Origin: an uncultured Ignavibacteriales bacterium
GTDB lineage: Bacteria; Zixibacteria; MSB-5A5; GN15; FEB-12
DNA length: 56,244 nucleotides
Reading direction: 5' to 3'
Assembly: GCA_964464605.1 (NCBI GenBank)
Contig: CAYXJN010000011.1
Span: forward strand, 1-56,244
Part shown: piece after piece, positions 1 through 9,762 of the stretch
How positions within the stretch are numbered: the first letter of the stretch is position 1
How the letters are laid out: every line of letters starts with the position of its first letter
Notes under the pieces: generated by a model
Database searches by the model: none
Seen by the model: the letters and a program-made list of their open reading frames with translations, nothing else
Told to the model about the DNA's origin: nothing
Program-made: the position numbers and the translations under genes

Positions 1-317
1 TCGCTTTTTACTGATCAAATCTGACCCCACATGTCGCAGGAACTGACCAAGCCGGTGTTTAACGCGATACTATCCGGCAATGAGATGGTGAATAAAATCA
101 CAAGTAGGGCAATTTGCTGGCGGCTTATGGGTGATAGTCTGAAATGGTAACGAGAGTAATGTACATAATAATTTGTGAAGAAAGGTACAAACAATTGGAT
201 TTCCAGATTCTCACTTTCGATTGTGGGCAGCCAAGCTTTTATAAAATTCGCTTGTTACATCAGGTCGTTTTATTACTTTGGAGGCGATCTTTCGGACATA
301 AACGCAGGGTATTGCAA

Positions 318-950
318 ATGGGTAATTTCAGATTTTTTCTAAAAATTATTGGGCCGCTTTTCTGCCTGCTTTGGATCGGTTTACCGACTATTTCTTTGGC
401 GGACCAGCCTGCTGATCCTTACAAGGTAGAACTGAAGCAAGGAAAAGGCGGGGGGTACTTCAGCATGAAAATTGGTACGTTCGGCCCCGGGACCGGCAGG
501 CTTGGCGGCTCCGAAGGTAAGATTGGCACTTCCTATAGCATGGCTATTGGGGTTGATGTTCCTGTTACCTCACGTTTCTCGCTCGGCTCTGAGATAGCGA
601 TATTTGTTCTCAAATCCGCTTTTCAGGTTCCGTACGGAGCAGACAGTGCAGCTACCATGGTCAGCGTTTTTGGGGAAGGTGCCTATTTGTTAACCAAGCC
701 GAAAGTGCCGTTATATATTCAGGTATCCGGGGGGATAGGCGTCGGGTATATACCGGAAATCGTGAAGGGCGGGGGGGCAACCAATTATCTGTTATGGAAG
801 GTAACCAGTGAGTTTGGGGTGATGACGTCACAGCATTACGGCCTTGGCGTGGAAGTTGGTTGTTTGTGGGGAAAGAGCGGTTTCGGTAATGAATATGATA
901 TTACAGCCGGACCTTTCCCGTTCGTAAGAGCCGTGGTACGTATCAAATAG
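318..950 (+). CDS. Putative outer-membrane beta-barrel protein
   Basis: ORF 144..950. ATG 318 gives a signal peptide (MGNFRFF...ISLA) followed by Gly/aromatic-rich amphipathic beta strands. Confidence 0.55.
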   Translation: MGNFRFFLKIIGPLFCLLWIGLPTISLADQPADPYKVELKQGKGGGYFSMKIGTFGPGTGRLGGSEGKIGTSYSMAIGVDVPVTSRFSLGSEIAIFVLKSAFQVPYGADSAATMVSVFGEGAYLLTKPKVPLYIQVSGGIGVGYIPEIVKGGGATNYLLWKVTSEFGVMTSQHYGLGVEVGCLWGKSGFGNEYDITAGPFPFVRAVVRIK

Positions 951-956
951 TAAATC

Positions 957-992
957 AAAAGCCCCGTCAACCGGACTCGGTCAGCGGGGCTT
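957..992 (-). terminator. Intrinsic terminator between convergent genes
   Basis: AAGCCCCG...CGGGGCTT inverted repeat with a T-run on the minus strand. Confidence 0.6.
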
Positions 993-1016
993 GGCGATTC
1001 CAAACAGAAAAGAGTT

Positions 1017-2306
1017 TTACAAGCCTTTTTGCTGGTACTTTTGGTACAGCTCTTTGTGCTTGTTGTTCAAATCAACTTTCCGGCCACTCACATATTCGTA
1101 GACGACCTGATTGGTAAGCTCATCAAAGATGTCTCCTTTGGAGACCACAATTGTAGCTTTTTTGCCAACCTCTAACGAGCCTATCTCCTTTTCGACTCCA
1201 AAGATTTCGGCCGGGGTCAGGGTCACAGAGCGGAGTCCGTCTTCCGGGGAAAGACCAAAGGCAATAGCCTGTCCGACATGGAACGGCAGGTCGCGGGTAC
1301 GCCAGGAGCCGAGGCCGTCACCGATAGCGATTTTCACCCCCGCCTTTTCCAGCATACCCGGCAGGGCATAGGCAAGGTCGTAGGCGTCATCTTCCCGGTA
1401 TGGGAGTGACTGTACTCGTCCCAGAATAACGGGTACGTTATTCGTCTTCAAAAGCTCGGTAACTTTCCAGGCTTCATCTCCACCTACAATTACCAGCTTG
1501 AGGCTGTACTTCTTGGCGAAGGCTACGGCCTCTTCGATCTGGCGGAAATCGTTCGCGTGAACAAAGACCGGCTGGGTGCCGCTGACGACCGGAATCATCG
1601 ATTCCAGACGGGAATCTACCGTCAGTTTGGTATTAGCCTTCTTGGCTTGACGATACGCCAGAGCGTTGTCGAAGGTTTCGTACAGATCGCTGAGGTTTTC
1701 TTCGTTTTCTTTTTTGATTTCCTCAGCGGTTTGATCCGACCACCACGGCACGGCGGTAGAAGCGCGCGGCCAGCTGATATGCAGACCGACAATTAGTTTT
1801 TCACCGGCATCTTCCCATGTCCATCCATCCAAATTAATAAGCGCGGAACGGCCGCGGAAAAGTCCCCCCTCCGGTACAATCAACGCCGTAGTCATACCGT
1901 TGGAGCGGACAGTTGGAATGATTTCAGAATCCGGGTCATAGGCGATATGCGCTTTGACATCAGGGTTGTCGCTGCCGACTTCCGATTTGTCATTTGTGGC
2001 ACGCGCCTGATCGATTTCAATCAACCCGATTTGCGACGAGGCGATGATAAGACCGGGATAAACGTTCATACCGGTAACATCGACCACCTCGGCACCCTGC
2101 GGCGTAGCGAGGTTTTTGCCGATTTGGGTTATCCGGCCATTTTCAAAAATCAGGTCGGTCGCCGCTTGTACGCCGTTGGTTACCGTGTACAGATTACCAC
2201 CCTTTAACAAAATCGGAGCAGTCTGCTTGGCACCGGGCACATAATCATGTGCCAAGGCCAGCGTGCTGAATGCAACAGTAAAGAGAAAGGCCAGCGTAAG
2301 GTGCAT
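1017..2306 (-). CDS. Secreted amidohydrolase-family protein lacking the HxH metal motif
   Basis: Amidohydrolase N- and C-terminal signatures (LIFENGRITQIG, TLTPAEIFG, GSLEVGKKA). PGLIIASSQ replaces the usual PGxIDxHxH. Signal peptide from ATG 2306; the ORF extends to 2342. Confidence 0.8.
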   Translation of the reverse strand: MHLTLAFLFTVAFSTLALAHDYVPGAKQTAPILLKGGNLYTVTNGVQAATDLIFENGRITQIGKNLATPQGAEVVDVTGMNVYPGLIIASSQIGLIEIDQARATNDKSEVGSDNPDVKAHIAYDPDSEIIPTVRSNGMTTALIVPEGGLFRGRSALINLDGWTWEDAGEKLIVGLHISWPRASTAVPWWSDQTAEEIKKENEENLSDLYETFDNALAYRQAKKANTKLTVDSRLESMIPVVSGTQPVFVHANDFRQIEEAVAFAKKYSLKLVIVGGDEAWKVTELLKTNNVPVILGRVQSLPYREDDAYDLAYALPGMLEKAGVKIAIGDGLGSWRTRDLPFHVGQAIAFGLSPEDGLRSVTLTPAEIFGVEKEIGSLEVGKKATIVVSKGDIFDELTNQVVYEYVSGRKVDLNNKHKELYQKYQQKGL

Positions 2307-2323
2307 GGCGGCTTTCTTTCGGT

Positions 2324-5300
2324 TTAGTCTTGGTGCTGCCATACATCCTCCACATCATCACAATGCCAGTGCACTTTCGGTGCTTTGTATCCTTTGCGGT
2401 CGCCGGGACCTTCACCTTCGCCGGAATCGAGCAGTTTTTGAATGAGCTTCGATTTTTCTTCTCGAACCGCATCCCGCAGTTTCTTGTCAGTTTCGGTGTC
2501 GAAGTATTTTTTGCCGTCAACCCAGGTCTGTTCTACTTTGGCGTAGACAGAAAGCGGGTTTGCCGTCCAGATAACAAAGTCAGCATCTTTACCGACCTTG
2601 AGACTGCCGACCCGGTCATCGACTTTCAGCTGTTTTGCCGGATTGATCGTGCACATCTTTATAGCATCTACTTCTTTCATGCCGCCGTACATAACCGACT
2701 TACCTGCTTCCTGATTCAAGCGGCGTGCCATTTCAGCGTCATCGGAATTGATCGAGGTGACAACGCCACGTTCAGTCATCAAGGCCGGATTGTAGGGGAT
2801 AGCGTCATAGACTTCAAACTTGTATGCCCACCAATCGGCGAAGGAGGAAGCCATCGCGCCATGCTTGGCCATTTCATCGGCTACTTTGTATCCTTCAAGA
2901 ATATGGGTGAAAGTCTGTACTTTAAATCCGAATGATTCCGCCACCCGCATGAGCATCAGAATTTCTGTTTGCTTATAGGAATGGCAATGGATGAACATTT
3001 TCGAATTAGCGATATCAGAGAGTGCATCCAGTTCGATATCTCGACGGGGCGGTACGATATTCTTCGCCGGGTTGGCACGGTAGGCATCCCATTGCGCTTT
3101 GTATTCGACAGCGGCCTGGAAGGCATCCCGCATCATGTTTTCCACACCCATACGGGTCTGCGGATACCGGGTGGTATTCATATCACCCCAGTTGCTCTGC
3201 TTGACGTTTTCTCCGAGCGCAAATTTGATAGTCGCGGGTGTGTTGGCGAATTTCAGTTCTTCCGAACCGGCACCCCAGCGGAGTTTGATCAACTGCAGTT
3301 GACCGCCAATCGGGTTGGCTGAACCGTGTAAGAGGTGAGAGGATGTTACGCCGCCGGAAAGTTGGCGGTATATATCGATATCATCCGGATCAACTACATC
3401 GCCGATTCGTACTTCGGCGGTGATGGCCTCCGAGCCTTCATTGACACCCTGTGAAATAGCGATGTGAGAGTGTTCGTCGATAATACCGGCGGTAACATGT
3501 TTACCGGTGCCGTCGATTACACGTACTCCTGATGGTGCTTTTAATCCTTTACCGACTCCCGCGATTTTGCCGTTTTGAATCAGCAAATCACCATTTTCGA
3601 TAATGCCGGCATCTTCAGATGTCCAGATCGTCGCGTTTTTGATTAAGACATTTTCAGTCTTGGGAAGCTCTTTCAAACCGTAGGCTTTGTTCGGAAACGT
3701 GCGGTTAGCGAGCAGAACTTCCGGTTTATCTTCTTTCTTTTCATCCTTCTTGGTGCTGTCGGCAGTCGTATCTTTTTCTTCCGCGAACTTGCTCGTTAAC
3801 ACGGCTCGCCAGCTCAGTTGGGTCTGGTCCGGCTTGGACACCTGACCCAAAAGCGTGTCACCATCTTTACGGCCAGAGAAACGGAACACACCCGGCATGC
3901 CGAGTGAATCAAGTTTTGCCGCAAAGTTCAGTTTACCGAGGGTAGAGAAAGAAAGGTCTTGGAGTTTTACTTTCTTTTCACCGGAGATAATTTCGCCTGA
4001 AGGTTTTTCCTGTTCACCTTTCACGGAGAGGTTGTAGGAACCACCGCCGAAGCTGAGAGAATATTCGCCGCGAATATCGGTTCCCGGACGGGTTTCGAAT
4101 TCTTCTTCATCGCCGCGAACCCAGACAGAGTAGATAGTGGCATCTTCAGTGAACAGATTTTTATCCGTTACAATAAAGTCAGCCAGTTTTCCTTTTTCGA
4201 TCGTTCCGATCTGGCTGCTTAAGCCGAGCATGGCAGCCGGTTCGGTCGTCAATGCGGCTAACGCCTTTTGTTCGGAAAGTCCCCGTTTGACTGCCTTTTT
4301 CAGATTTTTCCAGAAGTTCTTTTTGTCTTTCAGGCCGAAAGTCGTTAACGCAAAACGAACGCCGCTTTTCTCTAAAATCGAGGGGTTGGATGGCGCAGTT
4401 TCCCAGTGGCGTAAATCGGCCAGAGAGACTTCAGCATCATCTTCAAGCGATTTTACTTCCGGCGCTTTCGGGAAATCGATCGGGAGAATTATGACCGCAC
4501 CGGAAGCTTTGATTTCTTCTATTCGTTCATATTCATGGCCGCTTCCGATATAGAGAAACGGTACGTTGAATTCTTTGGAAATCCGCGTTGCTCGCAACAG
4601 TGAGAGTTCATCGGTTGTGTAGAACACGATCGGTTCGGTCGCAGGACGCGCGGCTAACGCTTCAATGGCTGAGTTAAACTCCGGCATCTTCTGCGAACGA
4701 TTGAGTGTATAGGCTGCTTTCGCTTTGGTATACCAGTCGGCGTCCATAAAAGTCTGCCGAATCAGGGCTATACTGCCCATCAGCGAGCTTGGGTATTCCT
4801 GCTTGGAGCTTCCCTTATCGAATGAAGCGAAGTGGAATGACCGTGCGTTTAGAAACTGGTCGTTCGGAAGACCGTCACCGAGCGAGACCACAAAAGAACG
4901 GCCGCGGAAAACGCCGTCTAATTTGCCGGATTGTGCGACGGTGAAACCGAGCTGCTGTAACGCCTCGGCATCATCTTCGTTTGGCGTAAAACCGGAGCTC
5001 CAGTTTTTCTCGGCGTGGATGGCATCGTTCCATGCATTTCCGCCGACACGGTTGCCTTCATACTGCGGACGTTCCCCATATCCGCCACGGGCGCGCTTGG
5101 TTTTTTCGACGCCATACTCGATGTACGGCTCGATAAAACCGGGATAGAGACGGTACCCTGTTAAATCAATCGTGACCGCATCCGCCGGAATAGTGACATT
5201 CGCGCCGACTGCGTCGATGTAGCCGTCACGAATAACCAGCGTTCCTTTTTCGATCGTTTGTGTCGGAGAAACGACGATGGTTACGTTCGTGAATGCTTTG

Positions 5301-5398
5301 ATTTCAGGTACCTTGTATCGGATGCCGTATTCCGGCGTCGTCTGCGCGAAGACCGAAGCCGACATCACGATAACTGCGAATAAAAGATTTCGCTTCAT
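2324..5398 (-). CDS. Secreted two-domain amidohydrolase-family protein
   Basis: Two amidohydrolase repeats; the C-terminal one has GIIDEHSH, IHCHSY, FTHILEG and INSDD. Signal peptide from ATG 5398; the ORF extends to 5413. Confidence 0.85.
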   Translation of the reverse strand: MKRNLLFAVIVMSASVFAQTTPEYGIRYKVPEIKAFTNVTIVVSPTQTIEKGTLVIRDGYIDAVGANVTIPADAVTIDLTGYRLYPGFIEPYIEYGVEKTKRARGGYGERPQYEGNRVGGNAWNDAIHAEKNWSSGFTPNEDDAEALQQLGFTVAQSGKLDGVFRGRSFVVSLGDGLPNDQFLNARSFHFASFDKGSSKQEYPSSLMGSIALIRQTFMDADWYTKAKAAYTLNRSQKMPEFNSAIEALAARPATEPIVFYTTDELSLLRATRISKEFNVPFLYIGSGHEYERIEEIKASGAVIILPIDFPKAPEVKSLEDDAEVSLADLRHWETAPSNPSILEKSGVRFALTTFGLKDKKNFWKNLKKAVKRGLSEQKALAALTTEPAAMLGLSSQIGTIEKGKLADFIVTDKNLFTEDATIYSVWVRGDEEEFETRPGTDIRGEYSLSFGGGSYNLSVKGEQEKPSGEIISGEKKVKLQDLSFSTLGKLNFAAKLDSLGMPGVFRFSGRKDGDTLLGQVSKPDQTQLSWRAVLTSKFAEEKDTTADSTKKDEKKEDKPEVLLANRTFPNKAYGLKELPKTENVLIKNATIWTSEDAGIIENGDLLIQNGKIAGVGKGLKAPSGVRVIDGTGKHVTAGIIDEHSHIAISQGVNEGSEAITAEVRIGDVVDPDDIDIYRQLSGGVTSSHLLHGSANPIGGQLQLIKLRWGAGSEELKFANTPATIKFALGENVKQSNWGDMNTTRYPQTRMGVENMMRDAFQAAVEYKAQWDAYRANPAKNIVPPRRDIELDALSDIANSKMFIHCHSYKQTEILMLMRVAESFGFKVQTFTHILEGYKVADEMAKHGAMASSFADWWAYKFEVYDAIPYNPALMTERGVVTSINSDDAEMARRLNQEAGKSVMYGGMKEVDAIKMCTINPAKQLKVDDRVGSLKVGKDADFVIWTANPLSVYAKVEQTWVDGKKYFDTETDKKLRDAVREEKSKLIQKLLDSGEGEGPGDRKGYKAPKVHWHCDDVEDVWQHQD

Positions 5399-5580
5399 TG
5401 GTTGGTTACTCACCTGATTGGTTGGTTATGTATACTTAGTATTTTTCGACCGGCTGTTGTTGAACGGTTGACCTAACTTGTTTCCTTGCTTGCAAGTGCG
5501 ATTGATAGGGGATAGCCGGAAAAATGGCAAGCGGGAAAAATCACTTTCCCGTTTTTCACTGCCGATATATACTGTGTACA

Positions 5581-5702
5581 GATGTCTTCGGGGTGAGGTG
5601 AAATTCCTCGATCGGCGGTATAGCCCGCGACCCGGAATAAGTTCCGGTTGAAACTGTGAAATTCAGGTGCCGACGGTATAGTCCGGATGGTAGAAGACAA
5701 AC
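5581..5702 (+). ncRNA. FMN riboswitch (RFN element)
   Basis: Conserved blocks TCTTCGGGG..GGTGAAATTCC..CGGCGGT..AGCCCGCGA..GTGAAATTC..CCGACGGT..AGTCCGGATG..GAAGA. P1 is TGTCTTC/GAAGACA. Lies directly upstream of ribD. Confidence 0.95.
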
Positions 5703-5762
5703 AAGAACCCGCAGGGCTGCGTTAAAATAGTAACGCGGTCGGGTGCGGTATCTTTGGCTATC

Positions 5763-5790
5763 CCCCGAAACATTCGTTTCGGGTTTTTTT
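5763..5790 (+). terminator. Riboswitch expression-platform terminator
   Basis: CCCGAAAC-attc-GTTTCGGG followed by T7, ending right before the ribD ATG. Confidence 0.8.
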
Positions 5791-6897
5791 ATGACTGAAA
5801 AACAGGATGAACAATTCATGCAGCGAGCGTTGGCCTTAGCCCAAAAAGGAAGAGGAACAACGAGTCCCAACCCAATGGTCGGCGCCGTCATTGTTAAGCG
5901 CGGAAAAATTGTCGGTGAGGGATACCACCAAATTGCAGGCGGTCCGCATGCAGAAATTGTCGGGCTGAAACAGGCCGGAAGTAAAAATGTCGGCGCGGAC
6001 TTGTACGTTACTCTTGAGCCCTGCTCACACTGGGGGAAAACAGGGCCATGTACTGATATGATTATTTGTTCCGGAATCAAACGGGTTGTTTACGCCGTGA
6101 AGGACCCGAATCCGATAGTGAAAGGAAAAGGAATTCGTCGTCTGAAAGCAGCAGGTATTACCGTCGTCGGTGACGTGCTAAAAGAACAGGCGATTACGCT
6201 CAATGAAGCATACTTCCATTACCACGCTGAAAAACGCCCCTTTGTCATTCTCAAAACGGCGCAGACGCTTGATGGTTTTATTGCCACACGCAACGGCGAA
6301 TCGCAATGGATTACCGGAACGGAAGCGCGCAAGCAAACACATATGCTCCGTTCTCAGGTCGATGCAGTTATCGTCGGCGCTGGTACCGTTCGTACTGATG
6401 ATCCAAAGTTGACCGTACGCGCTGTTAAAGGAAGAAATCCGTATCGTATCGTCCTCACGGAGTCGGGGAACATTCCTGCCCATGCGGCGTTGTTTGCTGA
6501 AAACAGTGATATGAAAACGATTGTAGCTACTTCGGCAAAAGGGGCAGCGAAACTTCGCACGGTTTCAGAAAAACATAATCTCATTATCTTGAACGTTGCC
6601 CAGAAGAAAAGCGGCGGACTGGATTTACTCGATTTTTTGAAAAAAGCCGGAGAATTCGGATTTCGCTCATTACTACTGGAAGGTGGCGCGGCGCTGTCGA
6701 CGGCATTCTGGAAAGCCGGTTTGGTAGATAAATATATAGCTATGATAGGACCATCGATTCTCGGATCAGGCATGGCCGCGATAGGGGACTTGGGAATCGG
6801 ACGGTTAGATAAACGAATTACTTTATCCCGTATCTCTGTCACGAAGACGGGGGCGGATTATCTGTTCTCATCGTATCCAATGTGGAGGGGACGCTGA
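5791..6897 (+). CDS. ribD: Bifunctional diaminohydroxyphosphoribosylaminopyrimidine deaminase/reductase
   Basis: PNPMVG, HAE, TLEPCSHxGKTGPC, and reductase domain with LLEGG. Confidence 0.95.
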   Translation: MTEKQDEQFMQRALALAQKGRGTTSPNPMVGAVIVKRGKIVGEGYHQIAGGPHAEIVGLKQAGSKNVGADLYVTLEPCSHWGKTGPCTDMIICSGIKRVVYAVKDPNPIVKGKGIRRLKAAGITVVGDVLKEQAITLNEAYFHYHAEKRPFVILKTAQTLDGFIATRNGESQWITGTEARKQTHMLRSQVDAVIVGAGTVRTDDPKLTVRAVKGRNPYRIVLTESGNIPAHAALFAENSDMKTIVATSAKGAAKLRTVSEKHNLIILNVAQKKSGGLDLLDFLKKAGEFGFRSLLLEGGAALSTAFWKAGLVDKYIAMIGPSILGSGMAAIGDLGIGRLDKRITLSRISVTKTGADYLFSSYPMWRGR

Positions 6898-7526
6898 TGT
6901 TTACCGGATTAGTTCATGGTTTGGGCACGATTGCCGAGATGCATACACGAGAAAATTATCTCGTGCTGAACATTTCATACCCGAGCTGGCAGGGAGAGCT
7001 TGAAATCGGGGAATCAATCGCCTGTGACGGCGCCTGTTTAACGGTAGTTGCTATCAAAGGAGACACATTCACTGTCGAACTGTCGCAGGAAACAATCGCC
7101 CGAACGATTGTCGCAAATTATGATAAAGAAAGCCGGATCAATCTTGAACGGGCACTGCAATTGTCCGATCGGTTGATGGGGCATTTCGTGAGCGGACATA
7201 TCGATACCGTCGCTCGAATCAGTTCACGACACATGATCGGCGAATCGCTTGAGCTGGTTTTGGCTTATCCAAGTGCTTTTGATAAACTGGTTATTGCAAA
7301 AGGCTCGATTGCCATTAATGGTGTGTCACTCACGGTTAACGAAGTTTCTTCCGGAAGCTGCAGTGTCAATCTAATACCGCATACGCAAGGGATAACGAAT
7401 TTGAAACAATTGCAGGTCGGCAGTCCCGTTAATATAGAGTTTGATCTTATTGGAAAATATGTGGCGCGTTTTGCCGAACTCGGCGTCGATATGCGCGCGC
7501 AGGATATAAAAGAAAGAAGCTGGTAA
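6897..7526 (+). CDS. ribE: Riboflavin synthase (alpha chain)
   Basis: [43 protein letters not shown] coupling to ribD. Confidence 0.95.
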   Translation: MFTGLVHGLGTIAEMHTRENYLVLNISYPSWQGELEIGESIACDGACLTVVAIKGDTFTVELSQETIARTIVANYDKESRINLERALQLSDRLMGHFVSGHIDTVARISSRHMIGESLELVLAYPSAFDKLVIAKGSIAINGVSLTVNEVSSGSCSVNLIPHTQGITNLKQLQVGSPVNIEFDLIGKYVARFAELGVDMRAQDIKERSW

Positions 7527-7528
7527 GT

Positions 7529-8743
7529 ATGAATCCGAAACCACCCTTTGATACCATCGAAGCCGCCCTGACTGATATTAAAGCCGGGAAGATGGTTATC
7601 GTTGTCGATGATGAGCATCGTGAGAACGAAGGGGATTTTATCATGGCGGCGGAAAAAATCACGCCGGAAGCGGTCAACTTTATGTCGATGCATGGTCGCG
7701 GATTGGTGTGTGCCTGTTTGACCAAAGAGCGGTTGGAGCAGTTGAATCTCGATCAGATGGTTTCGCACAACACCGCAAAGTTGGGAACAAAGTTTTCTGT
7801 TTCGGTTGATGCCATCGAAGGGACAACCACCGGTATTTCGGCATCGGATAGAGCGATTACGATTCAAAAATTGGTGGACAAGAAAACCAAGCCGGAAGAT
7901 CTCGGCCGTCCCGGTCATATTTTCCCTATTCAGGCGGTCGAAGGAGGGGTGTTAGCCCGTCCGGGTCATACGGAAACAGCGGTCGATTTACCCCGCCTTG
8001 TCGGACTTGAATCGGCCGGTGTGCTGTGCGAGATTATTGATACCGATGGGAAAATGGCGCGTTTGCCGCGCTTGATCGAAGTCGCCAAAGCATTCAATTT
8101 GAAATTAATCTCCGTGCAGGCGCTTATTGAATATCGCTGCAAAACGGAAACACTTGTTCGGCAAATTACCGATGTTCGTTTCCCTTCTGAATACGGTCAG
8201 TTCCGTTTGCAGCTATTCTGGAGTGACATCGACCGGGAACACCACCTTGCCTTAGTCAAAGGGGATGTGCGAAACGCGAAAGATGTTTTAGTTCGCGTTC
8301 ACTCAAGTTGCTTAACCGGGGATGTGCTCGGTTCCTGTCGCTGCGATTGCGGAAATCAACTGCATGCCGCTTTGCAGCAGGTGGAAAAAGAGGGAACCGG
8401 TGTCGTACTGTATCTCAGACAAGAGGGAAGAGGAATCGGTTTAGCAAACAAAATTCTCGCTTATGCGCTTCAGGATCAGGGACGTGATACGGTCGAAGCG
8501 AACCAAGAACTCGGTTTTGAAGCTGACCTTCGTGATTACAGCACAGCAGCGCAGATACTACGCGCACTCAAAATCCAATCGGTACGTTTGCTGACCAACA
8601 ACCCGAAAAAAGTGGAAGGGTTGGAACAATACGGCATGCCGGTATCGTCGCGGGTGCCGTTACAAATTCAGCCGACTGAATTGAATGAGGCGTATCTGAA
8701 AACCAAGCGGGATAAACTCGGTCATTTGTTGAAATTACACTGA
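7529..8743 (+). CDS. ribBA: 3,4-dihydroxy-2-butanone-4-phosphate synthase / GTP cyclohydrolase II
   Basis: [42 protein letters not shown]. Confidence 0.95.
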   Translation: MNPKPPFDTIEAALTDIKAGKMVIVVDDEHRENEGDFIMAAEKITPEAVNFMSMHGRGLVCACLTKERLEQLNLDQMVSHNTAKLGTKFSVSVDAIEGTTTGISASDRAITIQKLVDKKTKPEDLGRPGHIFPIQAVEGGVLARPGHTETAVDLPRLVGLESAGVLCEIIDTDGKMARLPRLIEVAKAFNLKLISVQALIEYRCKTETLVRQITDVRFPSEYGQFRLQLFWSDIDREHHLALVKGDVRNAKDVLVRVHSSCLTGDVLGSCRCDCGNQLHAALQQVEKEGTGVVLYLRQEGRGIGLANKILAYALQDQGRDTVEANQELGFEADLRDYSTAAQILRALKIQSVRLLTNNPKKVEGLEQYGMPVSSRVPLQIQPTELNEAYLKTKRDKLGHLLKLH

Positions 8744-8755
8744 AAGGTATAAATA

Positions 8756-9220
8756 GTGAAAGAAATCAAAGGAAATCTCACAGCCGGCGGTTTGCGATTT
8801 ACGATTGTCGTCGCGAGATTCAATGAAATCCTTACCGCACAATTAACCTCCGGCGCAGTCGATACCTTGACTCGTTTGGGAGCAGATCAATCGTCTATTA
8901 CCGTTGTTCATGTCCCCGGCGCATTCGAACTACCGCAGGCCGCAAAAAAAGTCGCATTGACCGGAAATGTCGATGCAATTATCTGTCTTGGGGTTGTTAT
9001 TCGCGGAGAAACACCGCATTTTGAATATGTGGCCGGTGAATCGGCCTCCGGACTCAGCCGCGTCGCCACAGAAACAGGTATACCGACGATTTTTGGCGTA
9101 GTGACGACCGACAATATGGATCAGGCTGTTGCCCGCTGTGGCGCAAAGGCCGGAAACAAAGGGCGGGATGCCGCCGAAGCTGCCGTGGAAATGGCGAATT
9201 TGTTCAGGAGTATCAAGTGA
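8756..9220 (+). CDS. ribH: 6,7-dimethyl-8-ribityllumazine synthase
   Basis: VARFN, VPGAFELP, GVVIRGETPHFEYV, GNKG. Confidence 0.95.
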   Translation: MKEIKGNLTAGGLRFTIVVARFNEILTAQLTSGAVDTLTRLGADQSSITVVHVPGAFELPQAAKKVALTGNVDAIICLGVVIRGETPHFEYVAGESASGLSRVATETGIPTIFGVVTTDNMDQAVARCGAKAGNKGRDAAEAAVEMANLFRSIK

Positions 9221-9645
9221 GTCAGACCGTTTCAGAACGACATAAAGCCCGAATAGCAGTTTTGCAGGCTCTATATGCTGCGGAATGTCTGGATGAGGGA
9301 GCGGAAAAGACTTTGGCTGATTTGCTCGATCAGGAAAAAGTAGGGGAAAGTGCCCGTCAGTATGCCGAAGAGTTGTTTACTCTCGTTCGTGAAAACAGTG
9401 CGTGGGCGGATGAACAATTAACCGGTCTTTCTAAAAACTGGACAATCAACCGTATTGCTTCAGTCGATCTTTTGGTTCTCAGACTTGCCTTGGTAGAGCT
9501 GGAAAAACGGCCTGATGTCCCGGTGAAAGTGGTTATCAATGAAGCTATCGAGTTAGCTAAAGAGTTTTCAACCGGTGAATCATTTTCCTTCGTCAACGGT
9601 ATTCTCGATCAATTCGCCAAGCAAAAAGCCGCTGCGCGGGCGTGA
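9217..9645 (+). CDS. nusB: Transcription antitermination factor NusB
   Basis: RHKARIAVLQALY, VVINEAIELAKEF, FVNGILD; conserved position after ribH. Confidence 0.95.
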   Translation: MSQTVSERHKARIAVLQALYAAECLDEGAEKTLADLLDQEKVGESARQYAEELFTLVRENSAWADEQLTGLSKNWTINRIASVDLLVLRLALVELEKRPDVPVKVVINEAIELAKEFSTGESFSFVNGILDQFAKQKAAARA

Positions 9646-9762
9646 CTGGACAGCCCGATATTTCCTGTTATATTCCCCCGACTATCTGAACAGCAGGTGG
9701 TACAATATTATCATGAATAATACCGGAATACGCATGCCTCACCGACATTCGGAGATAACCGA

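Noticed and set aside
144..317. N-terminal extension of the first ORF
   Set aside because: The signal peptide begins at ATG 318; the upstream part looks intergenic.
5541..5573. GCCGATAT sigma28-like box before the riboswitch
   Set aside because: An overlapping TATACT is a simpler sigma70 -10 explanation, and the sigma28 -35 is poor.
5473..6080. Minus-strand ORFs 5473..5700 and 5556..6080
   Set aside because: Antisense to the FMN riboswitch and ribD; no recognisable motifs.
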